Below, piece by piece: positions 54,565 through 64,000 of a stretch of 64,000 bases of DNA (its first letter is position 1; each line of letters opens with the position of its first letter). The DNA comes from an uncultured virus (IMG/VR IMGVR_UViG_3300033816_001502) (Duplodnaviria; Heunggongvirae; Uroviricota; Caudoviricetes). Where the stretch lies: IMG/VR virus record IMGVR_UViG_3300033816_001502; one strand, 5' to 3'. The position numbers were made by a program, and so were the translations under genes. The notes beneath the pieces are model-generated. The model was given only the letters and a program-made list of their open reading frames with translations, ran no database searches and had not been told where the DNA came from.

Positions 54565-56493
54565 TTGCAAACATTCAATAAAAGCATATTCGAAAATAGT
54601 TCTAGACCTCTCATCATTCCTGATGAAGTTAAGGTTATTTTTGTAGCTGATCTCTTTTCAGAGGATTATGTCGGTGGAGCAGAACTAACCACGCAGGCTT
54701 TGATTGATGAGTGCCCTTTGCCTTACATGAAAATTCGTTCAAAAGAGCTGACCATGCACTTATTAGCTCAAGGAACTAATAAGTTTTGGATCTTTGGCAA
54801 TTTTGCTCAAATGAACATGGAACTAGTTCCAAGCATAATTGGAAATTTGAACTATTCTATCCTAGAATATGATTACAAATATTGCAAGTACAGATCTCCT
54901 GAAAAACATTCTGAAAAAACCGGATCTCCGTGCGATTGTCATAATCAATTCAACGGAAAATTAATCTCTGCTTTTTACTACGGAGCAAAAGTTTTGTGGT
55001 GGATGTCAGAGGCGCAGAAAGATCGTTATCACAGAATGTTCCCATTTTTATCTGAAAAAGATAATGTTGTCTTATCAAGCGTATTTTCGAAAAAAACCCT
55101 AGGTACCATCAAGTGGCTTAGAGAAGTTGTTTCTTCATCAGGATCAGATCGAAAAGGATGGGTAGTCTTAGGTTCAGAATCTTGGGTAAAAGGAGCTCAA
55201 GCTGCAGAAAAATGGTGCCTGGACAACAAAGTAGAATATGAAGTTGTCTGGAATGTAGCTTACGAAGTCATGTTGGAAAAGCTAGCTAATGCAGAAGGGT
55301 TTGTATACCTTCCAGCAGGTGCTGATACCTGCCCAAGAATGGTCATAGAAGCGAAGCTTTTGGGTTGCAAACTTCATTTGAACGAAAACGTACAACATAA
55401 AAATGAAGATTGGTTCTCTACAAATAACATTGAAGAGATTGAAGAGTACTTGTTTGGAGCACCAACTCTATTTTGGAATTACATAAAAAAGATGATGGAA
55501 TATCGTCCTAACATCAGCGGATACATGACGGTTTATAACGCATTGTCTCAAGAATATCCATTTATACAGTGCGTTAAGTCTATGCTTCCTTTTTGCGAGG
55601 AGGTTTGTATTGTTGATGGAGGTTCTACAGACGGCACTTGGGAGAAGCTTCAAGAATTGTCATCTACGGAAACAAAGATCAAACTGAAGCAAGTGACAAG
55701 AGATTGGAGCCATCCTAGATTTGCTGTTTTTGACGGAATGCAAAAAGCAGAAGCCCGTTCCATGTGCACAGGAGATTTTTGTTGGCAAATGGATTCAGAT
55801 GAAATAGTGCACGAAGACGATTATGAAAAAATATTAAACTTATGTGCAAAATTTCCAGCTAACGTAGATCTTATATCATTACCAGTTGTTGAATATTGGG
55901 GAGGTCCTAAGAAAGTTAGAGCCGACGTTCTTCCTTGGAAGTGGAGATTAAGTAAAAATAAGAAAAATATCACTCACGGAATACCTTCAGATGCTCGTCG
56001 AACTGATGAAAATGGAAATCTTTATGCGGCTTATGGAGATGGATGTGACATGATAGATTCATCATCTTACGAAAGAATACCTCACGTAACTTTTTACACT
56101 TCTGAAGTTGACAGTGCAAGAAAGCAAGCAGTTTCCGGTGACGCTGAAGCAATAAAGAATTATCAAGAATGGTTCAACAAAGTCGTCGATAATTTGCCTG
56201 GAGTATTTCATTATAGCTGGTTTGATCTGCCCAGAAAGATTAAACTGTATAAGAAATATTGGACCAAACACTGGGAATCGTTGTCTGGAAAATCTTATGA
56301 AGATACTTCAGAATCAAATATGATGTTTGATGTTCCTTGGTCACAAGTGACAGATGAAATGATAGAAGCTAGAGCTTCTGAACTCTCGGAAAAATTAGGC
56401 GGGTGGATTTGGCATCAAAAATGGGATGGTAAGACGAAAACTCATCATATAACGATAAGCAAATCTCAACCTAAAATTATGTTAGATAAATGA
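54565..56493 (+). CDS. two-domain glycosyltransferase (GT-B/GT4-like + GT-A/GT2-like)
   Basis: VGGAE, DTCPRMVIEAKLLGC; then ISGYMTVYN, IVDGGSTDGT, WQMDSDE. Confidence 0.82.
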   Translation: MQTFNKSIFENSSRPLIIPDEVKVIFVADLFSEDYVGGAELTTQALIDECPLPYMKIRSKELTMHLLAQGTNKFWIFGNFAQMNMELVPSIIGNLNYSILEYDYKYCKYRSPEKHSEKTGSPCDCHNQFNGKLISAFYYGAKVLWWMSEAQKDRYHRMFPFLSEKDNVVLSSVFSKKTLGTIKWLREVVSSSGSDRKGWVVLGSESWVKGAQAAEKWCLDNKVEYEVVWNVAYEVMLEKLANAEGFVYLPAGADTCPRMVIEAKLLGCKLHLNENVQHKNEDWFSTNNIEEIEEYLFGAPTLFWNYIKKMMEYRPNISGYMTVYNALSQEYPFIQCVKSMLPFCEEVCIVDGGSTDGTWEKLQELSSTETKIKLKQVTRDWSHPRFAVFDGMQKAEARSMCTGDFCWQMDSDEIVHEDDYEKILNLCAKFPANVDLISLPVVEYWGGPKKVRADVLPWKWRLSKNKKNITHGIPSDARRTDENGNLYAAYGDGCDMIDSSSYERIPHVTFYTSEVDSARKQAVSGDAEAIKNYQEWFNKVVDNLPGVFHYSWFDLPRKIKLYKKYWTKHWESLSGKSYEDTSESNMMFDVPWSQVTDEMIEARASELSEKLGGWIWHQKWDGKTKTHHITISKSQPKIMLDK

Positions 56494-57212
56494 AAGGCGT
56501 AATATTAGCAGGTGGTACTGGAAGTCGTTTATATCCTTTAACAAAATCGACCAACAAATGTTTGCTTCCAATTGCAACCAAGCCGATGGTTTATCATGTT
56601 TTAGAATTGATGACTTCTTCAGGAATTGATGACATCATGTTGATCACAGGTCCTGAAAATGCAGGACAAGTCATGAATTTGTTGGGGTCAGGACTTGATT
56701 ATTCCTGCTCTTTGACTTATAGAATTCAAGATAAAGCTAACGGCATAGCAGCAGCAGTAAATCTTTGCAAGAGTTTTGTTGGAAACTCTAAATTTACCGT
56801 GTTATTAGGAGACAATATTTTTAGCGATTTTTCTAAACTAGCATCGCAAATTCGTGAGTTTTATTCATCGAAGGATGAATTTAGACTTTTCTTAAAAGAA
56901 GTAATAGACCCTCAAAGGTTCGGAGTACCAGTTTATCTTAATGATGAAGTTGTAGATATAATCGAAAAACCAAAATCTCCTCCTAGCAATAAAGCAATAG
57001 TGGGATTATACTGTTATTCTTCAAACGTCTTTGATGTGATTGAAGGTTTAAAGCCTTCTTCTCGCGGAGAATATGAGATATCGGAGTTAAATTCTTATCT
57101 AGTGAAAAATTGTAGTGGTAGCTTTTTTGATGTTGAATGTGAATGGGTAGACGCAGGAACTCATGAATCTTACAAAAAAGCTAATGAAATGATTTGGGAA
57201 ACTTTAAAATGA
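56490..57212 (+). CDS. rmlA: glucose-1-phosphate thymidylyltransferase (RmlA/SpsI-like)
   Basis: GVILAGGTGSRLYPLT..NK.LLP, LGDN, RFGV, IEKP, KPSSRGEYEI, WVDAGT. Confidence 0.92.
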   Translation: MKGVILAGGTGSRLYPLTKSTNKCLLPIATKPMVYHVLELMTSSGIDDIMLITGPENAGQVMNLLGSGLDYSCSLTYRIQDKANGIAAAVNLCKSFVGNSKFTVLLGDNIFSDFSKLASQIREFYSSKDEFRLFLKEVIDPQRFGVPVYLNDEVVDIIEKPKSPPSNKAIVGLYCYSSNVFDVIEGLKPSSRGEYEISELNSYLVKNCSGSFFDVECEWVDAGTHESYKKANEMIWETLK

Positions 57213-58030
57213 AAGTAATCATCGGATCAGGGAAAGTAGCTAACATTATAAAAGATAAAGAAGACATTGTCTTGTCTCATTCGCAAATAGAGATTAAAGA
57301 TGAAATGTCGATTGACTCGATTCTTTCTACATTTCCTGAAAAAACAGTAGTTGTAAACACTGCCGCTAAGATTAATCTAGAATGGTGCGAAGAGAACAAA
57401 AAAGAATCTGAACTAGTCAACGTAGTTGGTGCAGTAAACGTTGCAAAAATTTGCAAAAAATATCATCATCATCTATTACACGTTAGCAGCGGTTGCATTT
57501 TTGATGGAATGGAAACAGAAAAAGAGTATACTGAATTAGATGATCCATCACCAGCTTCTTGGTACGCACAAACTAAAGCAAATGCTGATATTTCGATCTT
57601 ATCTTTGGGATATCAAAATATTACGATAGTTCGACCTAGGCAGTTAATATCAGCTGTTCCTAATCCCACAAATATGTTAACTAAGTTTATGAATTTGCAA
57701 AAAGGCAATTTTATTGATTCAAAAAATTCTATTACTTGTATAGAAGATATGAAACTAATGATTGATCACCTGATTAGTAACAAATGTTATGGAGTCTATA
57801 ATCTTGCAAACGTTGGTTGGATGAGCCCGTACCAAATAGCCAACAAAATAAAAGCTAAAATTTTTAGTGATTTTATCATCGATAAGATAAGCTACGATGA
57901 TTATATAAAGAGTATAAAAGTAAAAAGAGTTAACACTTTACTAAGCGTAGACAAATTAATATCTACGGGATTTGTTCCCAGAAGTGCAGAGGAAGCTTTA
58001 GAATGGTGTTTAGAAAATTACGGGAATTAA
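57209..58030 (+). CDS. NDP-4-keto-6-deoxyglucose reductase of the RmlD superfamily, resembling bifunctional 3,5-epimerase/4-reductase (NRS/ER type)
   Basis: NTAAK.NLEWCE..K...VNVVG, SSGCIF, YAQTK (YxxxK), PNPTNMLTK, NSITCIED, GVYNLAN.G. Confidence 0.75.
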   Translation: MKVIIGSGKVANIIKDKEDIVLSHSQIEIKDEMSIDSILSTFPEKTVVVNTAAKINLEWCEENKKESELVNVVGAVNVAKICKKYHHHLLHVSSGCIFDGMETEKEYTELDDPSPASWYAQTKANADISILSLGYQNITIVRPRQLISAVPNPTNMLTKFMNLQKGNFIDSKNSITCIEDMKLMIDHLISNKCYGVYNLANVGWMSPYQIANKIKAKIFSDFIIDKISYDDYIKSIKVKRVNTLLSVDKLISTGFVPRSAEEALEWCLENYGN

Positions 58031-58031
58031 A

Positions 58032-58970
58032 ATGAAGGTAATCATTACAGGAGGAGCAGGATTTATTGGAGGTCATGCTGTTAGACATTTCTTAAGCTTA
58101 GGAGATTCTGTTCTTAACATAGATAAACTTACTTACGCAAGCAAAAAAACTAACTTTGAAAATTCAAATTTTCTTCAGTTGGATATTTGCGAAACAGAGA
58201 TTTTGATAGAACAAATCAAAAAATACAATCCTGACTTTTTAATTCATTTTGCAGCAGAAACCCATGTAGATAATTCCATATTAGATTGTAATGATTTTAT
58301 TCACTCCAACGTTAAAGGTGTTGCCTCAGTCTTAAATGCATGTAAAGCAACCGGTACAAAATTGTGTCACATTTCCACTGACGAAGTATATGGTCCAGCA
58401 TATGATAGATCTTTTGTAGAAAGTGATCCATTAAATCCTTTAAATCCTTATTCAGCTACAAAAGCTTCAGGAGATTTGTTGATAAAATCTTATAAAAATA
58501 CTTACGGGTCAGATTACATCATTGTTAGACCTTCTAACAACTACGGTCCAAATCAACATTCTGAAAAATTTATACCAAAGTTGATTGATTGCTTGAAAAA
58601 AGGTATTCAATTCCCTCTTTATGGAGATGGACGACAAGAAAGAGAATGGACATACGTAGAAGACACGGTAAAGTTAATAAGGATTTTGTTAACTTCTGAA
58701 TCTGCAGAATGGAATTCTTGTTATAATTTAAGTTCTGGAATGACATTCACAAATATAGAGACAGCTTCTCATGTGATAAAGACCTACAATCTTATTACAA
58801 ATAACAATTTTGATATTTTTGATGTGTTAAAAACATCAAAAGATAGACCCGGACATGACAAAAAGTATTGGATTTCTACAAAAAAGCTAAATTCTGTTGT
58901 AGATTTCAAATATATTGGATTTCAATCTGGGATAGAAAAGACAGTTTCTTCTTATGTCCAAGAACAATAG
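58032..58970 (+). CDS. rmlB: dTDP-glucose 4,6-dehydratase
   Basis: ITGGAGFIG, DKLTYA, HFAAETHVDNSI, HISTDEVYG, PYSATKA, NNYGPNQH.EK.IP, DRPGHD. Confidence 0.93.
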   Translation: MKVIITGGAGFIGGHAVRHFLSLGDSVLNIDKLTYASKKTNFENSNFLQLDICETEILIEQIKKYNPDFLIHFAAETHVDNSILDCNDFIHSNVKGVASVLNACKATGTKLCHISTDEVYGPAYDRSFVESDPLNPLNPYSATKASGDLLIKSYKNTYGSDYIIVRPSNNYGPNQHSEKFIPKLIDCLKKGIQFPLYGDGRQEREWTYVEDTVKLIRILLTSESAEWNSCYNLSSGMTFTNIETASHVIKTYNLITNNNFDIFDVLKTSKDRPGHDKKYWISTKKLNSVVDFKYIGFQSGIEKTVSSYVQEQ

Positions 58971-59694
58971 ATTCGTTTTTGTATCACCCATGTATAATGC
59001 ATCCGAAACCTTGCCTCGGATGCTTCATTCTATTTGTGGTCAATCTTATGATAATTGGCGAGTTATTTTGATCGATGATCTTTCTTCTGAAGAGCACGTC
59101 AAGAACTGCAAAAAAATACAAGATGACTTTTCTTCAATGTTGGATCAATCCTACAAAAATAAAATTGAAGTTATATGGAACGTTGAAAAAAAATGGGAAG
59201 TTGCAAATGTCTTAATGGGAATCTCTAAATGCAATGATGATGACATTGTTTGTCGGATAGATGCTGACGATTGGTTAACAGATCTTGATGCATTAACGAT
59301 TATCAATCATGCATATACTGAGACAAATTGCGATGCATTGTGGACAGCGCATAGATGGAGTTTTTCTGATAAAAATATCAGCAGACCAATGCCAGATGAT
59401 GCTGATGTATACGCTTATCCTTGGGTTTCAAGTCATTTAAAAACCTTTAGAAAAACTTTGATAAATGAAGTTAAAGATGAAAACTTTAGAGGTGAAGATG
59501 GAAACTATATTAGAAGAGCAGGTGATCAAGCGATATATCTACCAGTTCTTCACAAGTCTAAAAAGAGATTGTTTTTACCAAGAGTAATGTATCATTATAC
59601 CATCAAAGATGTCCCTGAAACGTATCAAACTGATGATGCTAGATTTCAAAAAGACGAAGCTATCTTTTTAAGAAAACGTGGGTTTGTAAAATGA
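58954..59694 (+). CDS. GT2-family glycosyltransferase
   Basis: VSPMYN, LIDDLS, RIDADDWL. Confidence 0.85.
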   Translation: MSKNNRFVFVSPMYNASETLPRMLHSICGQSYDNWRVILIDDLSSEEHVKNCKKIQDDFSSMLDQSYKNKIEVIWNVEKKWEVANVLMGISKCNDDDIVCRIDADDWLTDLDALTIINHAYTETNCDALWTAHRWSFSDKNISRPMPDDADVYAYPWVSSHLKTFRKTLINEVKDENFRGEDGNYIRRAGDQAIYLPVLHKSKKRLFLPRVMYHYTIKDVPETYQTDDARFQKDEAIFLRKRGFVK

Positions 59695-60053
59695 AACAGC
59701 AAAATTTTCATGATTCTATCTCTAAACTATTGGTCGAAAGACTTTCAAAAAGAAAAAATCAAATTTTGAATAAAGCAACTTGCGTTGAGATTTATAATGA
59801 TATATTTTTCACATTGTCTGAAGTGATAAAAACAGCTTCGACGCCTTTGTCAAATGAATCCGTGAATTTTTTAGCTCAAATGTACTATGACTCTATAAAC
59901 ATAAACGAGACTCAAGAATTAGATCCTAACATCTTTACTCAAAGAGCTAGTTTAAAAAATATTGAAACTAAAGAAATCGCTTTAATGGCTGTCATGCTAA
60001 ATGGCACTGAATTCGCTACGCCTTTCATTTCAGAGGTAAAACGAAGATCGTGA
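59691..60053 (+). CDS. hypothetical protein
   Basis: Translationally coupled ORF within the glycosyltransferase operon. Confidence 0.65.
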   Translation: MKQQNFHDSISKLLVERLSKRKNQILNKATCVEIYNDIFFTLSEVIKTASTPLSNESVNFLAQMYYDSININETQELDPNIFTQRASLKNIETKEIALMAVMLNGTEFATPFISEVKRRS

Positions 60054-60979
60054 AAATACATTTAGACAACGTGAATATGGGATCTAATTCAGGTCCAAAT
60101 TCTTTTGCAAAGAGACTTGCAAAAGGCCTTATAGAATCCGGGCATGAGGTAGAAATTTATGATGGAAGAAATTCAGATGTTTCTTTGGTTTTTATTGAAC
60201 CTAGTGGTAGACCCTTGGCAAAGAAAGTCATTCAAAGACTTGATGGAATTTGGTTTTCTCCATCTGAATTTCATGTAAAAAATGTTAACATAAAATCATT
60301 GTATCAAAAAGCCGATGGTGTGATCTGGCAATCAGAATTTGATAAGAATATGGCATCAAAATGGTGGGGAATTCCAAAAAATGGAAAAATCATATTGAAT
60401 GGCATAAATGCTGAACCCGTTAAACAGTTTAAAATTTCTTCATTAGAACAAATTAGACAAAAGTATGAAATGCTTTTTGTCTGTTCAGCAAATTGGCACT
60501 CACAAAAAAGACTTGAATCTAACGTTGAGTTATTCAAGCATTTACAAAGTTTTTATGGTTCAGCCGCGCTCATAGTGATGGGTTCAAATCCAAAAATGAT
60601 TCCTGACGTAGACATATTCTACACAGGACCTCAACCTCATGAAGTTTGTCTAGAAGTATTCTCTGCTTCAAATTGGATGATTCACCTTGCTTGGTTAGAT
60701 CATTGTCCTAATACGGTGGTAGAATCTTTATCTCAATTTACTCCTGTTATTTGTTCGGAGCAAGGAGGCACAAAAGAACTAGTTAAGAATTTTGGAGTGA
60801 TTTTAAAAGAGAATCAACCATATGATTACGAACTAGTCAACTATGATAATCCTCCAAAAATAGACGTGAGCCAAATAAAAGAAAAACTTCCAGACCTAAA
60901 AGACAAAAAGCCTGACACAGACGTCTCAATGAATAGAGTCATAAATGATTATCTAACATTTTTTAAAGAACTATTATGA
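60050..60979 (+). CDS. GT4-like glycosyltransferase
   Basis: GPNSF, ADGVIWQS, ILNG, DHCPNTVVESL..PVI.S..GG..E. Confidence 0.8.
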   Translation: MKIHLDNVNMGSNSGPNSFAKRLAKGLIESGHEVEIYDGRNSDVSLVFIEPSGRPLAKKVIQRLDGIWFSPSEFHVKNVNIKSLYQKADGVIWQSEFDKNMASKWWGIPKNGKIILNGINAEPVKQFKISSLEQIRQKYEMLFVCSANWHSQKRLESNVELFKHLQSFYGSAALIVMGSNPKMIPDVDIFYTGPQPHEVCLEVFSASNWMIHLAWLDHCPNTVVESLSQFTPVICSEQGGTKELVKNFGVILKENQPYDYELVNYDNPPKIDVSQIKEKLPDLKDKKPDTDVSMNRVINDYLTFFKELL

Positions 60980-61875
60980 AAATAGCCATAAATAGAAAGC
61001 CGATAGACGGACCTTGGGGCGGCGGAAACAATTTTGTTAGAGCAGTATATGCAACTGTTCCTTCTGGCATAACCATTACTAATAATCTGTCAGAAGATGT
61101 TGATTCCATATTTCTAATGGATCCTAGAAAAGAAAATGGAATGTTTGACGCAAATGACGTCTACAAATTTGTATCTTCTGTTAAAAAAATTCCAGTTGTT
61201 CAAAGAATCAATGAATGTGATGCTAGAAAAGGTACTGAACACATGGATAGTTTGCTCTTACAATGTAGCATCTTAAATACAAAAACAATTTTTGTTAGTA
61301 ACTGGATGAAAGATTACTTCAATAAAAAAGGGTGGAATTGTAAGAAACAATACGTTATGCACAACGGAGTAGATGACACTTTCATTGAAAATAGAAAGAA
61401 CAACTCATATACTCGTTCAGATAATAAACTCAAAGTAGTAACTCATCATTGGTCTAACAATTCTTTAAAGGGATTTGACGTATACGAGTTTATTGATTAT
61501 TTGACCACGAAAGAAAGAAATATTGAATTTACTTACATCGGAAGAGAAAGAGGTACCTTTAACAATACAAAAATAATTCCTCCAATTCACGGAGAAGAGT
61601 TAGCAAAAGAGTTAGCAAAACATGATGTTTATATAAGTGGATCAAGACATGACCCAGGACCTAATCATGTTTTAGAATCTATTGCTGTAGGTTTGCCAAC
61701 ATACGTTCATGTTGAAGGTGGCGGATCTGTAGAATTCGCAGGCATAGATCATGTCTATAAGAATTTTTTTGAAATTGAAAAGTTGTTGCTTAGCAGAGAT
61801 TTGAAGAATAATTCTTATGATATTTTAAGATGGTCTGATTCAATGAAACATTTTTGGAATATAATTTTTCAATGA
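60976..61875 (+). CDS. GT4-like glycosyltransferase
   Basis: PWGGGNNF, IFVS.W, HNGVD, KGFD, DPGPNHVLESIAVGLP. Confidence 0.8.
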   Translation: MKIAINRKPIDGPWGGGNNFVRAVYATVPSGITITNNLSEDVDSIFLMDPRKENGMFDANDVYKFVSSVKKIPVVQRINECDARKGTEHMDSLLLQCSILNTKTIFVSNWMKDYFNKKGWNCKKQYVMHNGVDDTFIENRKNNSYTRSDNKLKVVTHHWSNNSLKGFDVYEFIDYLTTKERNIEFTYIGRERGTFNNTKIIPPIHGEELAKELAKHDVYISGSRHDPGPNHVLESIAVGLPTYVHVEGGGSVEFAGIDHVYKNFFEIEKLLLSRDLKNNSYDILRWSDSMKHFWNIIFQ

Positions 61876-62774
61876 ATAAGGTGTTTGTCTTACCTCCATC
61901 TGAGGATTGGATAGTCGATAGATTTGTCAAAGAATGGAATGAAGATAATTCAGACATAAGTGTTAACCACCCAAAAGACGCAAATGTAGTTTGGTTATTA
62001 GCTGATTGGGCTTGGCAAAATCTGTATCAATCAGGTTGGTTAAACGGGAAAAAAGTTTTGACCACCGTTCACCACATTGTTCCTGAAAAATTTAATTCTT
62101 TAGCTTATCAAGAATTTATGTTTAGAGATAAGTTAACGACAGCATATCACGTTTACAACGAACAGACTAAAGACTTTATAAGTAGATTAACAAAAAAAGA
62201 AGTATTCGTGGTACCATATTGGGCAAATCAAAAGATATGGAAAGCAACTGGAAGTAAAAACGATTTAAGAAAAAAATATAATTTGCCGTTGAATTCATAC
62301 TTGGTAGGATCTTTTCAAAGAGACACGGAAGGATCTGATTTGATAAGTCCTAAATTAGAAAAAGGTCCAGATTTGCTGGCCGATTATCTAGAAAAAGTTG
62401 TTAAAAAGAATCCTGACTTGCATGTTGTTTTGGCTGGATGGAGAAGACAGTATATAATCTCTAGACTAAAAAAATCTGGAATACCATTCACATACGTCGA
62501 GAGACCTCCTCATGATGTAATAAACGAGTTGTATCAAACTCTTGATTTATATCCTGTGACAGCAAGATGTGAAGGAGGCCCTCAATCTTTGATAGAATGT
62601 GGACTATTAAATGTTCCAGTAATTTCAAGAAACATAGGAATAGCTACGCAGGTTCTTCCTCTTCATTCTATTCATGACGATGTTAGTTTAGCTATTCCTT
62701 CAATTCCTGATGTTGAATCTTGGAAATTGCCACAAGGATATCAAGGATATCGAAATCTAATATCTGCCATGTAG
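61872..62774 (+). CDS. GT4-like glycosyltransferase
   Basis: EKGPD, LYQTLDLY.V.AR.EGGPQSLIEC...PVIS..IG. Confidence 0.82.
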   Translation: MNKVFVLPPSEDWIVDRFVKEWNEDNSDISVNHPKDANVVWLLADWAWQNLYQSGWLNGKKVLTTVHHIVPEKFNSLAYQEFMFRDKLTTAYHVYNEQTKDFISRLTKKEVFVVPYWANQKIWKATGSKNDLRKKYNLPLNSYLVGSFQRDTEGSDLISPKLEKGPDLLADYLEKVVKKNPDLHVVLAGWRRQYIISRLKKSGIPFTYVERPPHDVINELYQTLDLYPVTARCEGGPQSLIECGLLNVPVISRNIGIATQVLPLHSIHDDVSLAIPSIPDVESWKLPQGYQGYRNLISAM

Positions 62775-62788
62775 ATAAGGAGACAAAT

Positions 62789-63703
62789 ATGTCGATTACA
62801 ATTGCAGTTACAACTTTTAATAGACTAAAGTACGCTAAGTCTCTTTTTAAATCTTTAGAAAATGTAAAAAGCAATAATCAACTTATTGTTGTTGATAATT
62901 GTAGCACTGAAAAAGGTTTGCAAGATTATCTCTTTGATCTCAAGAAATCTAACTTGATAGACGATCTATTTTTGAGAGATCCTAAAGAAAGAAATTGGGT
63001 AAATGATGAATATGTTGCTAAGAACATGATCATCGAGACTGCAAAAAATGACGTGATTTTATTTTTGCAAGATGATTTGCAGCTGATTGTTAATAATGAA
63101 GTTTTTGAAAAAACAGTTCAAGATTTTATTAGCTTTGATGAGGCGAAAGCATTAGAAGTAAATGCTGTTAGAAACTCGACCGTATCTAACAGGTATGATG
63201 CCGATAACTGCGAAGTTTTTAAGCTCGAAAATTACAAATATTACAAACCGATAGACAATCATTTTCCCACAATGGGATTCTTCAAAAAAGAAGTTTTTGA
63301 CTTAATTGGGAAATACCCAGTAGATTGGCCTCAGACTCAAGATTATTGGGGAAGATCAGAAGACTGGTACGATAACGAAGTAAAATTAAAATTAAAAGAT
63401 CAGATGAACTATTCTAGTTGGGTCCCTCTATTTGCTCCTGTGTGGAATGACCCTAGAGGAGGATATGCTTTCATTAGAGGTAATAAGAGGTATGGTTATT
63501 ATTTAGACGCTCCATCTACTTCTGGTATGTACTATGAAAAATTGTCTGATGAACAGTATCAACAAAAACAAAATTCTAGGATTCCATTGGGGTTTACTGA
63601 CGTTTGTAAATCAGATGGTTGGGAATACAAGGTGGTTAATAAAGACCAGGTAAAATATCCACAAAACAAAATTCTTTTAGAAGGACCTGAAGAGGAATTT
63701 TGA
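62789..63703 (+). CDS. GT2-family glycosyltransferase
   Basis: IAVTTFNR, IVVDNCS, LFLQDD; SD AAGGAG. Confidence 0.82.
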   Translation: MSITIAVTTFNRLKYAKSLFKSLENVKSNNQLIVVDNCSTEKGLQDYLFDLKKSNLIDDLFLRDPKERNWVNDEYVAKNMIIETAKNDVILFLQDDLQLIVNNEVFEKTVQDFISFDEAKALEVNAVRNSTVSNRYDADNCEVFKLENYKYYKPIDNHFPTMGFFKKEVFDLIGKYPVDWPQTQDYWGRSEDWYDNEVKLKLKDQMNYSSWVPLFAPVWNDPRGGYAFIRGNKRYGYYLDAPSTSGMYYEKLSDEQYQQKQNSRIPLGFTDVCKSDGWEYKVVNKDQVKYPQNKILLEGPEEEF

Positions 63704-64000
63704 TGAACGTTTTAATATTTCCTACAGATGATAGAAGTGGACTAGCTTCTATGATCTACCACTATTCAAAATTGGGACATAAAGTTTTTGTTCCTAAAAA
63801 AGGAACGCTTGGTCTAAACTGGCAAAGAATAGCAACTTGGCCTGCTATGCTTTGTAAATCTTTTGAAGACAAAACAAAAAGAAATTTAGAAATTTATCCA
63901 TTTGAAGAAAATCTTTCTTTTTTTGGAGAAGATTACTTTTTGAAAGATTTTAAATCTCATAATCTTTATGAAGAAGACATCTATTGTCAAATCATAGATT
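63703..64000 (+). CDS. partial ORF continuing the glycosylation operon (MNVLIFPTDD...LGHKVFV)
   Basis: ATG overlaps the previous stop (TGATG); open to the window end; N-terminus resembles GT-B Rossmann starts. Confidence 0.6.
   Translation, partial: MNVLIFPTDDRSGLASMIYHYSKLGHKVFVPKKGTLGLNWQRIATWPAMLCKSFEDKTKRNLEIYPFEENLSFFGEDYFLKDFKSHNLYEEDIYCQIID

Noticed and set aside
14465..64000. Stop-codon reassignment as seen in some large phages
   Set aside because: Conserved genes are full length in the standard code, and TAA, TAG and TGA all terminate genes.
54565..64000. Glycosylation cluster as flanking bacterial chromosome
   Set aside because: Composition and gene packing match the adjacent phage genes, there is no visible junction, and no wzx/wzy/ABC export genes are seen. 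Read-level confirmation would still be useful.

Overview
This is a 64 kb segment of a large, apparently lytic tailed phage with T4-like head genes (gp23 capsid, gp22-like scaffold, gp21 protease, gp20 portal, gp17 terminase). It reads in the standard genetic code. No integrase, rRNA or CRISPR array is visible. (1) 1-3980 is a GC-rich array of 12 small genes plus one partial gene. Each of the 12 is preceded by the same 36-bp unit, GTGCAA-N18-TAnnnT-N6-start codon, which looks like a sigma70-type promoter driving a leaderless mRNA. (2) About 4420-4910 holds a G/C-tract element where the + strand switches from C-rich to G-rich, a candidate origin or genome end. (3) 5.6-13.5 kb encodes UvsE, a sigma70-family factor lacking region 4.2, DNA ligase, tRNA-Glu, a kinase-like protein, an HNH nuclease and a holin-like protein. 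(4) 13.5-46 kb (minus strand) covers head morphogenesis and packaging, a fused Mre11-Rad50 (SbcD-SbcC), primase, RuvC-like resolvase, a gp4-like nuclease and large putative virion proteins. (5) 46-54.5 kb encodes PIN-PhoH, a stand-alone sigma region-4 protein, an Hc1-like protein, a DinG-like helicase, ClpP and a degenerate GroEL-like protein. (6) 54.5-64 kb is a nucleotide-sugar (rhamnose-type) and glycosyltransferase cluster. The most notable candidates are the promoter-cassette array with genome-wide leaderless transcription, a possibly split sigma factor, a shared N-terminal capsid-targeting-like peptide on dispersed proteins, and the glycosylation locus with a plant/giant-virus-type epimerase-reductase. 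All assignments come from recognising motifs by eye; no database searches were run.
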